DNA of 63,021 bases, the filler included, from Nemertoderma westbladi (taxonomy: Eukaryota > Animalia > Xenacoelomorpha): NCBI GenBank assembly GCA_032718475.1. It is 3 parts of 3 records of this genome, joined end to end, with 100 filler letters (N's around TTAATTAATTAA, not from the genome) between each part and the next. Parts side by side here need not be neighbours in the genome. Positions count along the whole stretch, not along the records: positions 1 to 26,959 come from JAUCBJ010006135.1; 2 more parts are not named here. One strand, written 5' to 3'. The notes beneath the pieces were generated by a model. That model was not told where the DNA came from and did no database searches. It was given only the letters and a program-made list of their open reading frames with translations. This document shows, piece after piece, positions 1-11,826 of this stretch (its first letter is position 1; each line of letters begins with the position of its first letter). Position numbers and translations under genes: made by a program.

Positions 1-513
1 TTAGATATAATAGTATCGCCTGCATTAGAACTATTTATGTCTGGTATATCTGCAGTACATTTTACTAGTTTTCTTAAATTTGATCGTTTTATGTAACTAC
101 ATTTTAAATATGATTAAGTATTTTATTCTTTACTAAAGTTTTATTTAATTTTGCTCTAGATGTGTCCGAATGTTATTTTATTTATGTACAAATCGCAAGT
201 AGAATTCAAATCATGATGTTTTAACACGACAACATTATAGCAAGTAAATTTCATTAATTTTTATCATAGTGTTACTCTATGATCTTAATACAACTGCTGC
301 TAAAAACGAAAAATAACACATAACTCGTGTTATATCAGTTATTCTAGAGTTTAATGATTTTATGAAAATAGTTTGTACAATTTTCTAATAACATTTGTTC
401 ATAACGTTGTGTGGAACAACAAGTGTTTTACTTCTAAAACGCAGTGAATATAAAAAAAATTTGCACGATGTTTCACAAGAACCGAATGTGTGAACAATCT
501 TTAACAGACGTGC

Positions 514-992
514 CACTCTGAATTTCTCCGTCAACGAATTGGGATCTGTGTTCAGATCGGCAATGCCTCCTGCGTGACAGAATCTTTCGGTTTGGGTGAA
601 ATGGAGGGGTACAGGGAGAGACAGGGGAGAAACCTCTAGACCAGACTGCTGATTTACCCTAAACGCCGTTGCTCTACTTGTTATTCTTCAGTTTCTCCTA
701 AATTGTAGTAGTCCTATTCTGTTGTTGTTTTCTTTTTAATGATATGATAGTGAACATACTGTATGCCTTAGTCTGTCAAAATATATGTTGTTTTATCAGT
801 TTTTCAGTTCTATAGTTTGTCAAAATTTATTGTTGCTTTATTGGTTCTATAGTTTCTCCTAAATTGTTGTAGTCCTATTCTGCTTTATTTTCTTTTTAAT
901 GATACAATAGTGTTTTACTGTGATAATTATTTTACTATATTTATGCTGTGTAATCATATGGGTTCATATTTTATGTAATGAAATAAATAAAA
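514..992 (+). mobile_element. 3' fragment of a CRE-type (RLE-encoding) non-LTR retrotransposon with AT-rich 3' UTR
   Basis: 514-639 translates HSEFLRQRIGICVQIGNASCVTESF...*, resembling the C-terminal FLLQRLAVAILMGNAASV of the CRE-type ORF at 62340-63011; followed by an AT-rich tail ending AATAAATAAAA near 990; outer limits approximate. Confidence 0.55.
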
Positions 993-1117
993 TCGTTATC
1001 TTTAAACAAATATTTTTTATCTCCGAAAATGAAACCCCATGAGGTAAAGGTTTTTTTAATACAACCCGCAAGCAATATCTCGAGCGCTTCATCTAAATAA
1101 CAAACTCGATGCTACAA

Positions 1118-1619
1118 TGCCCTCCTAAGGCAAAACCATGTAATTCAAAAAATCGAGTTTTGAGAAAGATCAACCTAAAGTTAACGAATCTGCGCGAAAA
1201 CATGTGAATGTCTGTGTGAACATTTTCAACATTAAAGTTTAGGCAAATAGTTTATTTAAATATCTAGAAAGTTTTAGAGCTCCAACTTAAGCTTAAGTAG
1301 TTTATTTTGATTTTTGAGTTACCCATTGCCCTACTTATATTACATCATGTAAATTATATAAATTTACAAAGCTGGTCCTAAGCCAAAACAATGTTACATG
1401 GAGTGTCATTATCACATTAGGGTTACATGGTTCTGCCTTGGCACGCCTGAACAAATTCATATAATGGAGTTACATTCTACTCCCTTTTTAAACCCTTTAG
1501 AGTTTAGATGCACTCTAATAAGTTCTACCACCAGATACAGCTCGCCGAAAGCGCTAAAATGATACCAATATCTTATTTTCATCAATATTCGAGTTACATG
1601 GATTTGCCTTAGGACGGCA
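1118..1619. mobile_element. MITE-like element with ~26-bp imperfect terminal inverted repeats
   Basis: TGCCCTCCTAAGGCAAAACCATGTAA at 1118 and its near reverse complement TTACATGGATTTGCCTTAGGACGGCA ending 1619; degenerate internal copies near 1375 and 1422; no ORF. Confidence 0.6.
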
Positions 1620-1925
1620 GTACAATAATAGCCCGTGGTCTATAAAATGTCGAACAATTTACATCATTTGGCATTTTGGAGAATAATATGGTGGTGACAG
1701 AAAAGTTACGGTATATATATAAATTAAATGAGTGACAATATCATTAATATATTATTTAAAACAAATAAAAATATTTATCTAAAAGTAAAATCTTATGAAA
1801 ACAAAAATCACTAAATACAATTTATAATCGCAACAGTTTTTTAAACCTGTGACAAATCGTTAAGTAGATGTTTAGTTAGTTCAACTTCAAATCTCGCGTT
1901 GTAAATCATCTTGGATTGGTTTGAA

Positions 1926-2066
1926 TCAGCGGGATAAAATCTTGAAGAAGTATTCCAACTCCAGATTGGCGTCCTCAGGAAGGTCTGTACAGTGTACAGC
2001 GTTCTGGATTTTATTTATCCCAAACCTTGCTCGTATACTGTCAGGTTTCAGATGGCGGCAAATCTC
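1926..2066 (-). CDS. NME7: NME7 terminal coding exon
   Basis: Not in the ORF track; after acceptor TTTTCTAG it reads EICRHLKPDSIRARFGINKIQNAVHCTDLPEDANLELEYFFKILSR* (141 nt, TGA at 1928-1926). Confidence 0.93.
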   Translation of the reverse strand, partial: EICRHLKPDSIRARFGINKIQNAVHCTDLPEDANLELEYFFKILSR

Positions 2067-5000
2067 CTAGAAAACAAACAGATTAAATTATGTTTAAAGA
2101 GTTGAACCGTGGCTGACTGCCTGCTCGGTACCGGTAGCAAAAAGCCAATTGGGGTGACAATTCAGCCTTCTAATAGGGTTAATGTTAAATTAATATTAAA
2201 AAATTAGTGGCAGGAAGTACAATTTTTACAACCTGCTACCTTAAATGTTCGCGAAATTAAGTTAATATGATATAATAGGCTGAAACGAGACCCCAAAAGA
2301 GAGTTGGGTGCTGTTACTACGGACTCTGCATTTTCAATATCTTTGGATAACAATAATACATTTTGTTAACATTTGGTACTAACTTTTAATATTTTAATAC
2401 ATTATTACATCGCTATCTCTGAGTTTTATTTTACAGGTTTATTTTATGCGTAAAATAGGGTATTTATTGGTAAAATGCAAAATCGATTCGATACATCCCC
2501 AGTGGTACTAAACCGTACCAGAGTCTGACAGTTTGTATTTCAGTCCGTCGCTCGCGCTGAGTCACATAGAATCGCGTGCTTCTAATTATTAATTCGGGCT
2601 AATAGATTAATTAGAGTAAAATAATAGGGTTAAATTTTGTCGATTAGGTTTTTTCTTGTAGTTTTTACTCCAAAACTGGCCAGCCCATTTCGTTGTTCAT
2701 TTACTACACAAAATATGGCGTATCTTCAGCGATGCAGATCCGTCATCAGTTGTCTAGTCTGCCGCTAGATGGCATAATGAATGACTGAAAGTGAAAACAT
2801 TCTATCATCATATTATCATATCGTTGTTACTATTTACTACTATACATTTGGGCGAAACCTACCGATCAGCTGGCTGCCGTCAGCTGATCACTGATTGCAT
2901 GAAACAACTAGGTCTTGTTTCTTTTTAGTTTTTTACATACTTTGGCACTACCGGTAAGGTTTTTACTTAACGTGCTTGATTAATAAATAAAATAATATTA
3001 ACTCATAAAAAATAGTTCTAAGATATGAAGGAATCATCGGAAAGAAGCACTTTTTTGTCAGTAATTTCAATTTCAATAGAGTGTAATTCAAATATTCTGA
3101 CCGAGTGCGTTGAGTTTTGCAGGAGTTGACATGTTTATCAAATACTATCGAGTGGAAAATTCAAATCAAATCTGAATTTCGTCAAATAAAATTATTGACA
3201 AGTTCTTTCCGACACGATATAGTCGTGTCGTGTCCCAAAAAACCCGAGAAAGTGTCCCAAAAAAACCGAGAAGGTGTCCCAAAAAACCCGAGAAAGTGTC
3301 CCAAAAAACCCGAGAAAGTGTCCCAAAAAACCCGAGAAAGTGTCCAAAAAACCCGAGAAAGTGTCCCAAAAAACCCGAGAAAGTGTCCCAAATAACACGA
3401 GGAAGTGTCCCAAAAAACCCGAGAAAGTGTCCCAACAAACGCGAGAAAGTGTCCCAAAAAACGCGAGAAAGTGTCCAAAAAAACAAATAGTGTTCAAACA
3501 AAAAATAGTGTTGCTTTATGGTTTTGATATCTCTGGGGTAATTTCTGGCGCTGATAACGTAAGGTGTTGGGTGCTTGATGGTCTTTTTTGGAAGGCCTTT
3601 TTGTTGTAAAAAGTGTCAAAAGTTGTCAAATTTTCAAATTTTGGGTGAAAATTACAAATGTTGCCATAACTCGAGAATAAAACTTAACGAAAAACTGATT
3701 TCAAATTCGGCATCACCATAAAACTTCACATTGGTAAAAGCATTAAAAATACTTAAAAAAAGGCTGGGGTGAACCCACTCCCTTAAGCACTGTTTTTGCT
3801 ACAACAGTTTTCTGCAACAGTTTTCTGTAGTGTTATATATAAGTTTTGTGTAGTCTTGCTTGATACTGATAATCTAGAACAAAATAGTTGAAGTTAATTT
3901 TTATTATTGTAAATAAATTTCGTTCTAGAATATTTAGCTCCCAAAAAACACTATACTACTACTAGGATCGGCATGCTGCATTGCAGCTGCATTTTTAAGA
4001 ATGCTGTGCCGGCTTGTCGACAAAATTGCGCCGCCACAACTCCCTATCACCCATGACATTTGCTAGATCATCCGCATCTTCAAGGCCAATGTCCTTTAAG
4101 ATGCGTCTCAAAAAGTCATGGGCTGTCCACCATGCTTATTCACTCCATGCGGCTGCCAAAGTACAAGAGTATGCACTGGCTGGTCCTCACGGCGAAAGCA
4201 ATGTCCTGCAAAGCGGAGGCGATTTTGTTATAATGTCAAGCTTGGGGGAACCAATGAGACACCTCCAATACTATATAGTATCTGGTTGGAGATGTATGCA
4301 TTGTACTGTACTTGACACAATGAACCCGGCGTAGCATTCTTGTGAATGTGCCATCCAGAGATTTGATGTCCTCAGCAGTTAGAGCCCAGCATGGACTCCC
4401 ATAGAGGAGTACTGGAATTACTGCTGCTCTAAATAATCGGACCTTAAGTTTCCGATTAATTCTCGGTGACTTCCAAATCCTGGAAAGCCTATTCAAGGCT
4501 GCCCATGCCTTTCCCTTACGTATACCATCCTTTGAGCATATGCTCATCCGATCAGAGACTTGCTGAGGACTTTCAAAGTTAACTGTCAAAATTTTGGTCT
4601 TTCTAGAGTTAATAAAAAGACCAACACCAGAAGCAGCATGTTCTAATGAACTGAGGAGCCATTGGGCTCCCTCTAGTGATTCTGAGAGTACTCCTAAGTT
4701 ATCAGCAAAGTCTAGATCAGTTAGGTACTTGGCAGGATTTCCTCGACTTCTGGAGCCAGTAGGTGGAGTTATCATCACCCCATCATCATTATGATGATCT
4801 AAGGACATGCGTAGAACATAGTCAACCACAATTATGAACAAGAATGGTGCAAGTGTGTCTCCCTGGAGGACGCCCCATAACACTTCAAATGGTTATGTGT
4901 CACCGTCAACAGTAGACACAAATGTTGTCGAACCATCGTATACTGATCTGATTGCTGCAATAATTTCATCAGGAATCCCATATAATGAAAGTATGCTGAA

Positions 5001-8000
5001 CATACGTGAACGAGAGACTGAATCAAAGGCCTTGAAAAAGTCAACAAAGATAACAGCCAGATGCCTGTCTTTCTTTTTTGATAACTCTTCAATTATCCTT
5101 CTAAGTGCCAAAATTGGCTCCATGGTCCCACGACCTTTACGGAACCCATTCTGATTTCCACGGAGCAGTCTCTCAATGGGATCCCTGATGCGATTTAATA
5201 GAATTCTATTGTATAGCTTTGCAGCAATCGAGATCAATGAGATTCCCCGAAAAGAACCATAGAGTGTTAGGTTGCCATTGCCCTTTTTGGGAACTGGCAC
5301 CAACTTATTTGTTTTAATTTCTTGTGGGACTCTTGTTGTTCGGTACATGTCTACTATGATGGGATAGATGAGCTTTAAACTCTCAGGTATTTTAAAGACC
5401 TAAGGGGGAACACCATCTACTCCACTGGCACAATTGGTCTTAATGCCCTTCGAAGCAGCCATCACTTCTGCAAAGGAGATATCGCCAATGGGAATATCTG
5501 GGAGTACAGACTCAGACACTTTTACTTCTATAAAGTTATCAGGCAATACCCTGTCATTATTGAGGAGCATTTCAAAGTGGGCCTTCCATCCATTGAGGCG
5601 ATCGGCTGGTGATTCAGCCTTGGTGGTTGGTTGGCTAAAGAAAACACAAATCTGATGTATTTTAATATTACAGAAAACTGTTGCAGAAAACTGTTACACA
5701 AACTGTTGTAGCGAAATCAGTCCTTTAACATATAAATAATAATTGTCTATAAGTATTATGATTATGAATAATGATAAAATTCCTTTATGTTGTGTAGAAT
5801 ACAACAAAAATCCTGTTCTAATTAATGGTCGTATCTTATCCCAAAACCCATAGTTATACATTTGAACGCTTGGGTTATTACAAACTCATGTGCTCTGCCG
5901 TCCAAGCTGGCTTTTGCACTTTGTAACATTAAATTTTGTGATAAAAAGTGTACGAAAGCAATATTATAATGCTGATTTCAACATATAAGTGGGAAAAGGT
6001 TGAATATTCAAATCAAGGACGTATTTTTCGATATAAAAAATAAGCGGAATACGTATACAATTTTCAATTTAGCGAAATTCAACTATTCTGTCCGAGTGGT
6101 CGAGTTTTACACGAGCTGGCAAGAAATAAACCTATACTTCTATAATATCTTTATTAATAAAAGAACGTCTCCCCTCCCCTCCCATTCACTCACCCCCCCC
6201 CCCCCCCCCCTCCCCTCCCCACCCCATCAATCCCCACTCCCCTCCCCCATCACCCCCCTTCCATCCCCTCATCTCCCTTCCATCCCCTCCCATTCCCTCC
6301 CCCTCTCCTCCATCCATATCCCCCTTTCCATCCCCTCCCCCCTTCCATCCCCTCCCCTCATCCCCCCATTCCCCCCCTCCACACTTATAATCCCATAAAC
6401 CTACCGAGTCGTGAGGCCCAACGAACTCTCGGAATTTCTGCGGAACATCCTCGTCTCCAACAGATGGACCACCTCCGACCTCCAACACCATACTAACTCC
6501 CCCACATAGTTCGTCAACCATCGCCGAGTATTCAGACACGACACCCTTGTAAACCTCTAGGAATTCCTCCGCGTTCACTTTGGATAAAGTAAACTGAAAC
6601 AAAATCAGTGTAAAGATAATTGGGGGGGGGGGGGGGGGGGGGTCATGGCGCATGATCTCAAATAAACAATCAGAAGTGGAAATAAGTAATATAAATAATA
6701 ATAAAATATAATATAATAGAAACAGTAATATTATTAATAAGTGGATATATTTATTAATAATAAACTAAACAACTACAGGTACTTCTTTCACGCAACGTTG
6801 AACTTCGTGAGAAGTTTTTATTAGTATTTGTATTTATAAGATATAATAAGTAATATCCATCACACACTACTGCAGAATCAGGTTTATATATGAATCTCAC
6901 ACTACTGCACTTCAATAGGCCTACACCGGTACGCCTACTCAGTTCCACCCTTACTCTCTACCAGTTTGAATTTACCGCCACATAATATATCGCAACTCAA
7001 CCCACAGAGTTTCTCATTGTACCTTATATAGTATTATAATATTATTACTATATCGGCAATTTAAACCATTCCGGCTCCAAGTTTCGGCTTCTATTTCTTT
7101 GGCGCTCTTAATATAACATAATGATAAAATATGTTACGCGTGACCAATCAGTGTGGCGTGGGTTAAACACCACGCTCGTTTATTATTTTGGTTATTGAAA
7201 CTGACCCTCTCACCCCAAACTGCACCTTTTCTCCAATTGCCCCTTGTACGTTAGAGCAAGACGTTTTTGAAGTAAGTTTTATGTGTCCACACACACCCCT
7301 ATTCCACCTACACTTAAATTTTTAACAATGAAATAACATACATTATTACGTTCTCATAACCATGTAATACATTATTTACGATATTTAACGATATTTTCGG
7401 GTCGACACCAAGGCGTACTATATGTACATAGATACATATATATACGACATACAGTATATATATAGTACGCCTTGGTCGACACTCACCATCTGTGCAGCAA
7501 TAATTCTGAAACCGGCGTCGGATATCGCTTTAATTATAGAGCCAAGATGCCCCGCAGCCACTGCGTGGGGTTTAACGACGCAGCAGGTCGATTTACCGTG
7601 GATTTCCGCGGTGTTCCGAAGCTCTCCGGAGAAAAAGAAACCCAATTCGCGGAACGCGGAATTGTTGGAGTCGGAACCATGGACAGCGTTCTCCGGGGGT
7701 TCTAGGCAACAAAGTAAACAAATTATATATAATGGTCGCCTAGCATTCTCGAGTTTAGGGATGGGATGTTTTGTCAAGGAATTTCCGGAATACCAATTTT
7801 ACATATATTTTGCCACAACGCAACGGGAATAACGATAACTCGATATCGATATCCACTAAGAAGGAATCGTTTATATCGACCCGATCCCGGACTACCGCTC
7901 ATGGTTTTTCATCACGAAATATGCAAAAATAACAAACCGTTCCACAAGTGTCGCACCTATAGATACCACATACTCGAAGGCACTAACTGTCCTCCCCTCT

Positions 8001-10082
8001 CTCAGCTAGCATCCTAGACAACGACGCAATCGTTCATCTACTTACACACATACCGCGCACTCAAAACACTACTCACACCCACCAACACCACTATACAATA
8101 CAGACCATGCACCACTATCATACATACCGTTTACGTAACTCATTACTTTAGGTAGGTCATATTTATAGAGTTTATGTTTTAATATTGTGTATCATCCTGT
8201 ATCACAATTATTGTGCTCGGTTTACCCCGAATGGGGGTGTAAAGCAAACGTCATACGTCAAATAAACTGGGGATGGTAGTATTTGTATGTATTACTTTGA
8301 TGGTGCTCAAGTGCTTAACTTTGGTTAAAGGTGCTCAAAGGTTAAAAAAGGTGCTCAACTTTGCTTAAGTTACAGTATAAATTTAGCACCTGTTATAATA
8401 ATAACGAATTCAGCCATTTTCTGTGAAAAATTACAGTTATACACGAAACATTAGTAAAAGCATTTCCGAATGTTTCCTGTCTCCCATCCCATACGCCTCC
8501 TAGGCAATAAATTATATGATCATCACGTCACATGTTCCAAATATATAAAGAAATCAAATATAAACATTTACCGGTTGTCTCCCGGTGCCCGTATCAATTC
8601 ACCTTATAGATTCCGACAACAATTCAGTCTCCCACGTATGATCCATAATGACACACTGACTTTATCAACTGTTCAATTAGATTACTTGGTATAGGGGCCG
8701 TCTATAAATGAGGTCACGCAGAGTAGGGGGGAAGGGGGTCAGAGATTTTGTGACGAATTGGGACAAGGGGGGGGGGGGGGGGGGGGGAGTGGGGGTTGTC
8801 GATTTTGTGATGTCACGAATCCGAATATTCTACTAGTTGTGCAAATCAATTATTTTGTACTTTCACAGTAAAAAGTTTTAAAATGTGCATTATAAGCTGT
8901 CTCTCACCCTAGTTTCCACTTAACTATATACACTAAACTACTGTACTAAACGGTCCCTAAACTACTGGCTGACTGGTAGGTACTGGCCTAGGTAGATACT
9001 GGTGTCAGTTTGAAAGGCTACCACACTGCCACTATCTGACTATGGATAACAACAAACTATTTAAGAATTTATTTGAAGCGTATGCAGCGGTCTACCCCGA
9101 TAAGAATAGGAAAGTCACTAAGATGAGACTATTAAGCGATGGAAGGCAGTCAAGTCGGATACTGGTAGCGGTACTAGGATCGGCATGCTGCATGCAGCTG
9201 AATTTTTAAGAATGCTGTGCCGGCTTATCGACAAAATTGCACCGCCACAACTCCCTATCACCCATGACATTTGCTAGATCATCGGCATCTTCACTTCAAG
9301 GTCAGTGTCCTTTAAGATGCGTCTCAAGAAAGTCATGGGCTGTCCACCATGCTTATTCACTCCATGAGGCTGCCAAAGTACAAGATTATGCACTGGCTGG
9401 TCCTCACGGCGAAAGCAATGTCCTGCAAAGCGGAGGCGATTTTGTCCACAGTCAAGGAGAAACAGTAGATTCAGAATTGGAGAAACGTAATTTCGATTCC
9501 AGTGGGAGAGTAGTGGCAGAGATATGGTCCGATGCGGTGATCGACGAATATCCTGTTATTGCCGAATACATTTCGCCAACTGCGTCTGAGATAAATAGTA
9601 ATGAGATGTTAACTTGCACCAAACAGTGGTTCGCCAAACATGTCCGCACTAGTCAATACTTCACTCAAGTTGTAAAATGTTTGGACCCCAACTGTTGCTC
9701 AATTTTTTCTGAGCGTGATGTGACATAGGGGAGGGGGGGTGTCAACAATTTTGTGACGAATTGTGACAGAAAGGGGGGGGGGGGGGAGGGGGTTAAAAAT
9801 AGCCAAAAAATGCGTGACGTCATTTATGGACGGCCCCTTTATGGAATTCATACTGAATTCTACGTAGCAGTACATATCTCAATGAGATCCCTGATGCGAT
9901 TAAATGGACCCAACATGGTTCACTCACCTGTGCCGTAAAGAGCCCGAATAGAGTTAGGCGCCTCTTCCCTAGCTACCAATGGATTAGTAGGACCAATTAT
10001 CTGTCTCCATTTGGTGACGCAATCAGACCCAACAAGTTCTAGACCAATCACAGGGCCGCTCTTCATGTACCCGCACAAACCC
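1926..10082 (-). CDS. NME7: Nucleoside diphosphate kinase 7, 3' part (4 exons: 10082-9928, 7701-7487, 6593-6405, 2066-1926); 5' exons not found in window
   Basis: Exons splice in frame through GT-AG introns and give two tandem NDK domains (SIRALYGTEPPENAVHGSD; STCCVVKPHAV; VNAEEFLEVYKGVV; IQNAVHCTDLPED..LELEYFFKIL), diagnostic of NME7. Confidence 0.95.
3229..3482. repeat. 22-bp minisatellite (AAAGTGTCCCAAAAAACCCGAG)n, ~11-12 copies
   Basis: Direct tandem repeat read from the sequence; explains the six overlapping repetitive ORFs at 3117-3609. Confidence 0.95.
3787..5724. mobile_element. TTAA-flanked MITE (Kolobok-like) interrupted by an RTE insertion
   Basis: TTAA|GCACTGTTTTTGCTACAACAGTTTTCTGCAACAGTTTTCTGTA at left; inverted TACAGAAAACTGTTGCAGAAAACTGTT...AACTGTTGTAGCGAAATCAGTCCT|TTAA at right. 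Confidence 0.55.
3951..5625 (-). mobile_element. 5'-truncated, decayed RTE-clade LINE (reverse transcriptase) with (TAG)n tail
   Basis: ORFs 4893-5348 and 4236-4883 carry RT motifs (FRGISLIS, QNGFRKGRG, FVDFFKAFDSV, GVLQGDTLAPFLF, DLDFADN); stop codon and internal deletion relative to the copy at 37369-38609; TAG-repeat tail at 3951-3965. Confidence 0.9.
6170..6380. repeat. C-rich low-complexity tract (G-rich on the NME7 sense strand)
   Basis: Runs of CCCC separated by T/A immediately after the NME7 splice donor at 6404. Confidence 0.8.
6405..6593 (-). CDS. NME7: NME7 internal exon
   Basis: TTTCAG acceptor, FTLSKVNAEEFLEVYKGVVSEY...KFREFVGPHDS, GTAGGT donor; 189 nt, phase 0/0. Confidence 0.93.
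7487..7701 (-). CDS. NME7: NME7 internal exon
   Basis: CCTAG acceptor, (E)PPENAVHGSDS...STCCVVKPHAV...GFRIIAAQM, GTGAGT donor; 215 nt, phase 1/0. Confidence 0.93.
8694..9837 (+). mobile_element. Internally deleted DNA transposon, Zator-like, with ~27-bp TIRs
   Basis: TIRs GGGGCCGTCTATAAATGAGGTCACGCA / TGCGTGACGTCATTTATGGACGGCCCC; remnants MDNNKLFKNLFEAYAAVYPDK (~9042) and LEKRNFDSSGRVVAEIWSDAVIDEYPVIAEY...HVRTSQYFTQVVKC..CC (9478-9700); superfamily call from recalled motif only. Confidence 0.65.
9172..9445 (-). mobile_element. 3' fragment of the same RTE LINE nested in the Zator-like element
   Basis: Closely similar to 3959-4228 and to the 3' end of the copy at 37369-38609. Confidence 0.9.
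9928..10082 (-). CDS. NME7: NME7 internal exon (most 5' exon found)
   Basis: TTTCCAG acceptor, GLCGYMKSGPVIGLELVG...IGPTNPLVAREEAPNSIRALYGT, GTGAGT donor; 155 nt, phase 2/1. Confidence 0.92.
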
Positions 10083-11826
10083 CTGGAAACACAAAAAGCA
10101 ATAACAGTTAAAATCGAAAATAAAATCGTTTTATACCTTTTCAAAAGATTCATAATTATTTAAATAACGAAACATTAAAAACAATTATTGTGTTAATCCG
10201 TATTAATATGAATTAGTGCCGATCAAAATGAATTTGGTTCTTTAATCTCGCTAGTTGGAGAATCAGTCGGGTGACAAGGGTCAAGGGCTTGGTTGCAGTT
10301 ATCACTACTCATCCGTGGCCTTCTAAAATACGGCCATGTACTTAATAATCTTGTGAAACAAACTGGGCAATTGGTAAAATAGGATAATATAATATGAAAC
10401 ACATACGACGAAATTTGTGTACACGGGAGTGCCAACTGCAAACGCCATGTTTAATTGTATATAGGTGACCTTCGCAACGGGCCACCATTAATCTGCTAGT
10501 CGGTATGGGCACTGCTGTACTGGAGTTTCAAATAATTGAACTTTTAATAACATCGATAAAATCAATCATCGATAAAATATAACAAAAATTCTGTCAAAAC
10601 TTTAAAATAATTTGGGTCGGGATATTTGCAGTACTCCAGTCTGCCGCAAGAGGGAGACTTTATTGTTTTGGTTAGAATAACGTGCCACTGTAACCTGCTC
10701 CTTTCCCTTAAAAATTAATCGATAGTAATTCACCGATGTACTACAGTAGACTTGTGGCTGTATCTTTGTAATTGGGGCGGAATGTCTGAAAGTGAAGAGT
10801 ATTCGAATGTGAAATTATTGTATTGGTTCCAGAGTGGAGCGAGTCATGAAGAAAGGATAGCCTTAGCATAGGGGTTTTGTCGTTCTGCAGTACCGTATTT
10901 AAACATTAATATCTCGGTCAAATGTAACTCAACTTGGAACACACACATGCTGTCTGTCAAAAGTTTCGATATTGGAAGGTACATTGGGTGGGACTGTTGC
11001 GCACTAACTCAAACATAGTGCCACAAATTAGTCGTAATTAGAAAAAGCCAAAATATTTCATGGTAAGTAATTATCTCCACAGCAGGGGGGTCATCATCCA
11101 CTCGGGTATTATTAACAACAGAGACATTATTTCTGTAGTTTTATTCAGTATCCGATGTCAGTTAAATAATAATTGATGGTTGGGAGATTGTCAAACAATG
11201 TAAAAACGTATAACATGGCGTTTCTGTATATGTTGGTTTATTTAATAGTCTTATAACAAAAACATAAGCAAAATTATTCTCACTTTAATAACAGCTAGCA
11301 TTGTAAGGCATTGACTATATTCCATATATTATAATATCAATTATTGTAATTTTATATGTTGTATATAATTATTTACTTATAAGTGTACCGTTAATAATTG
11401 TTAAACCACATGGAATAAATTACATAATAATCATTATACCTTTACTTACACAAACAGTTTAAATATTGTTAATGTGAACAACAAACGTTAGTATCTACTT
11501 TCTATATAGCAATATACCGACCCATATGGTCGGTCTATATCAGTTATATTGCCTGCAACTCGTAATTAATCGAATTCAATTCCAGAACCATTATGTAATG
11601 TATTTGAACAAAAATATATAATATTCTAACAGATTAACAACTTACAGTCTCATAATAAATAAATAAAGGGTACAGATTTCCAAAAACTAATAGTTCTATA
11701 ATTTTAAACATAAAATAAATAATTATAAGTTAATATTATTATATGAAATATTATTGGAATTAATTGCTCATGAATTACATGTGGGAAGTCGACACAATAA
11801 AGCGAAATAGAAACAATTACATTATT

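Noticed and set aside
3117-3609. Six overlapping repetitive ORFs
   Set aside because: Products of a stop-free 22-bp minisatellite
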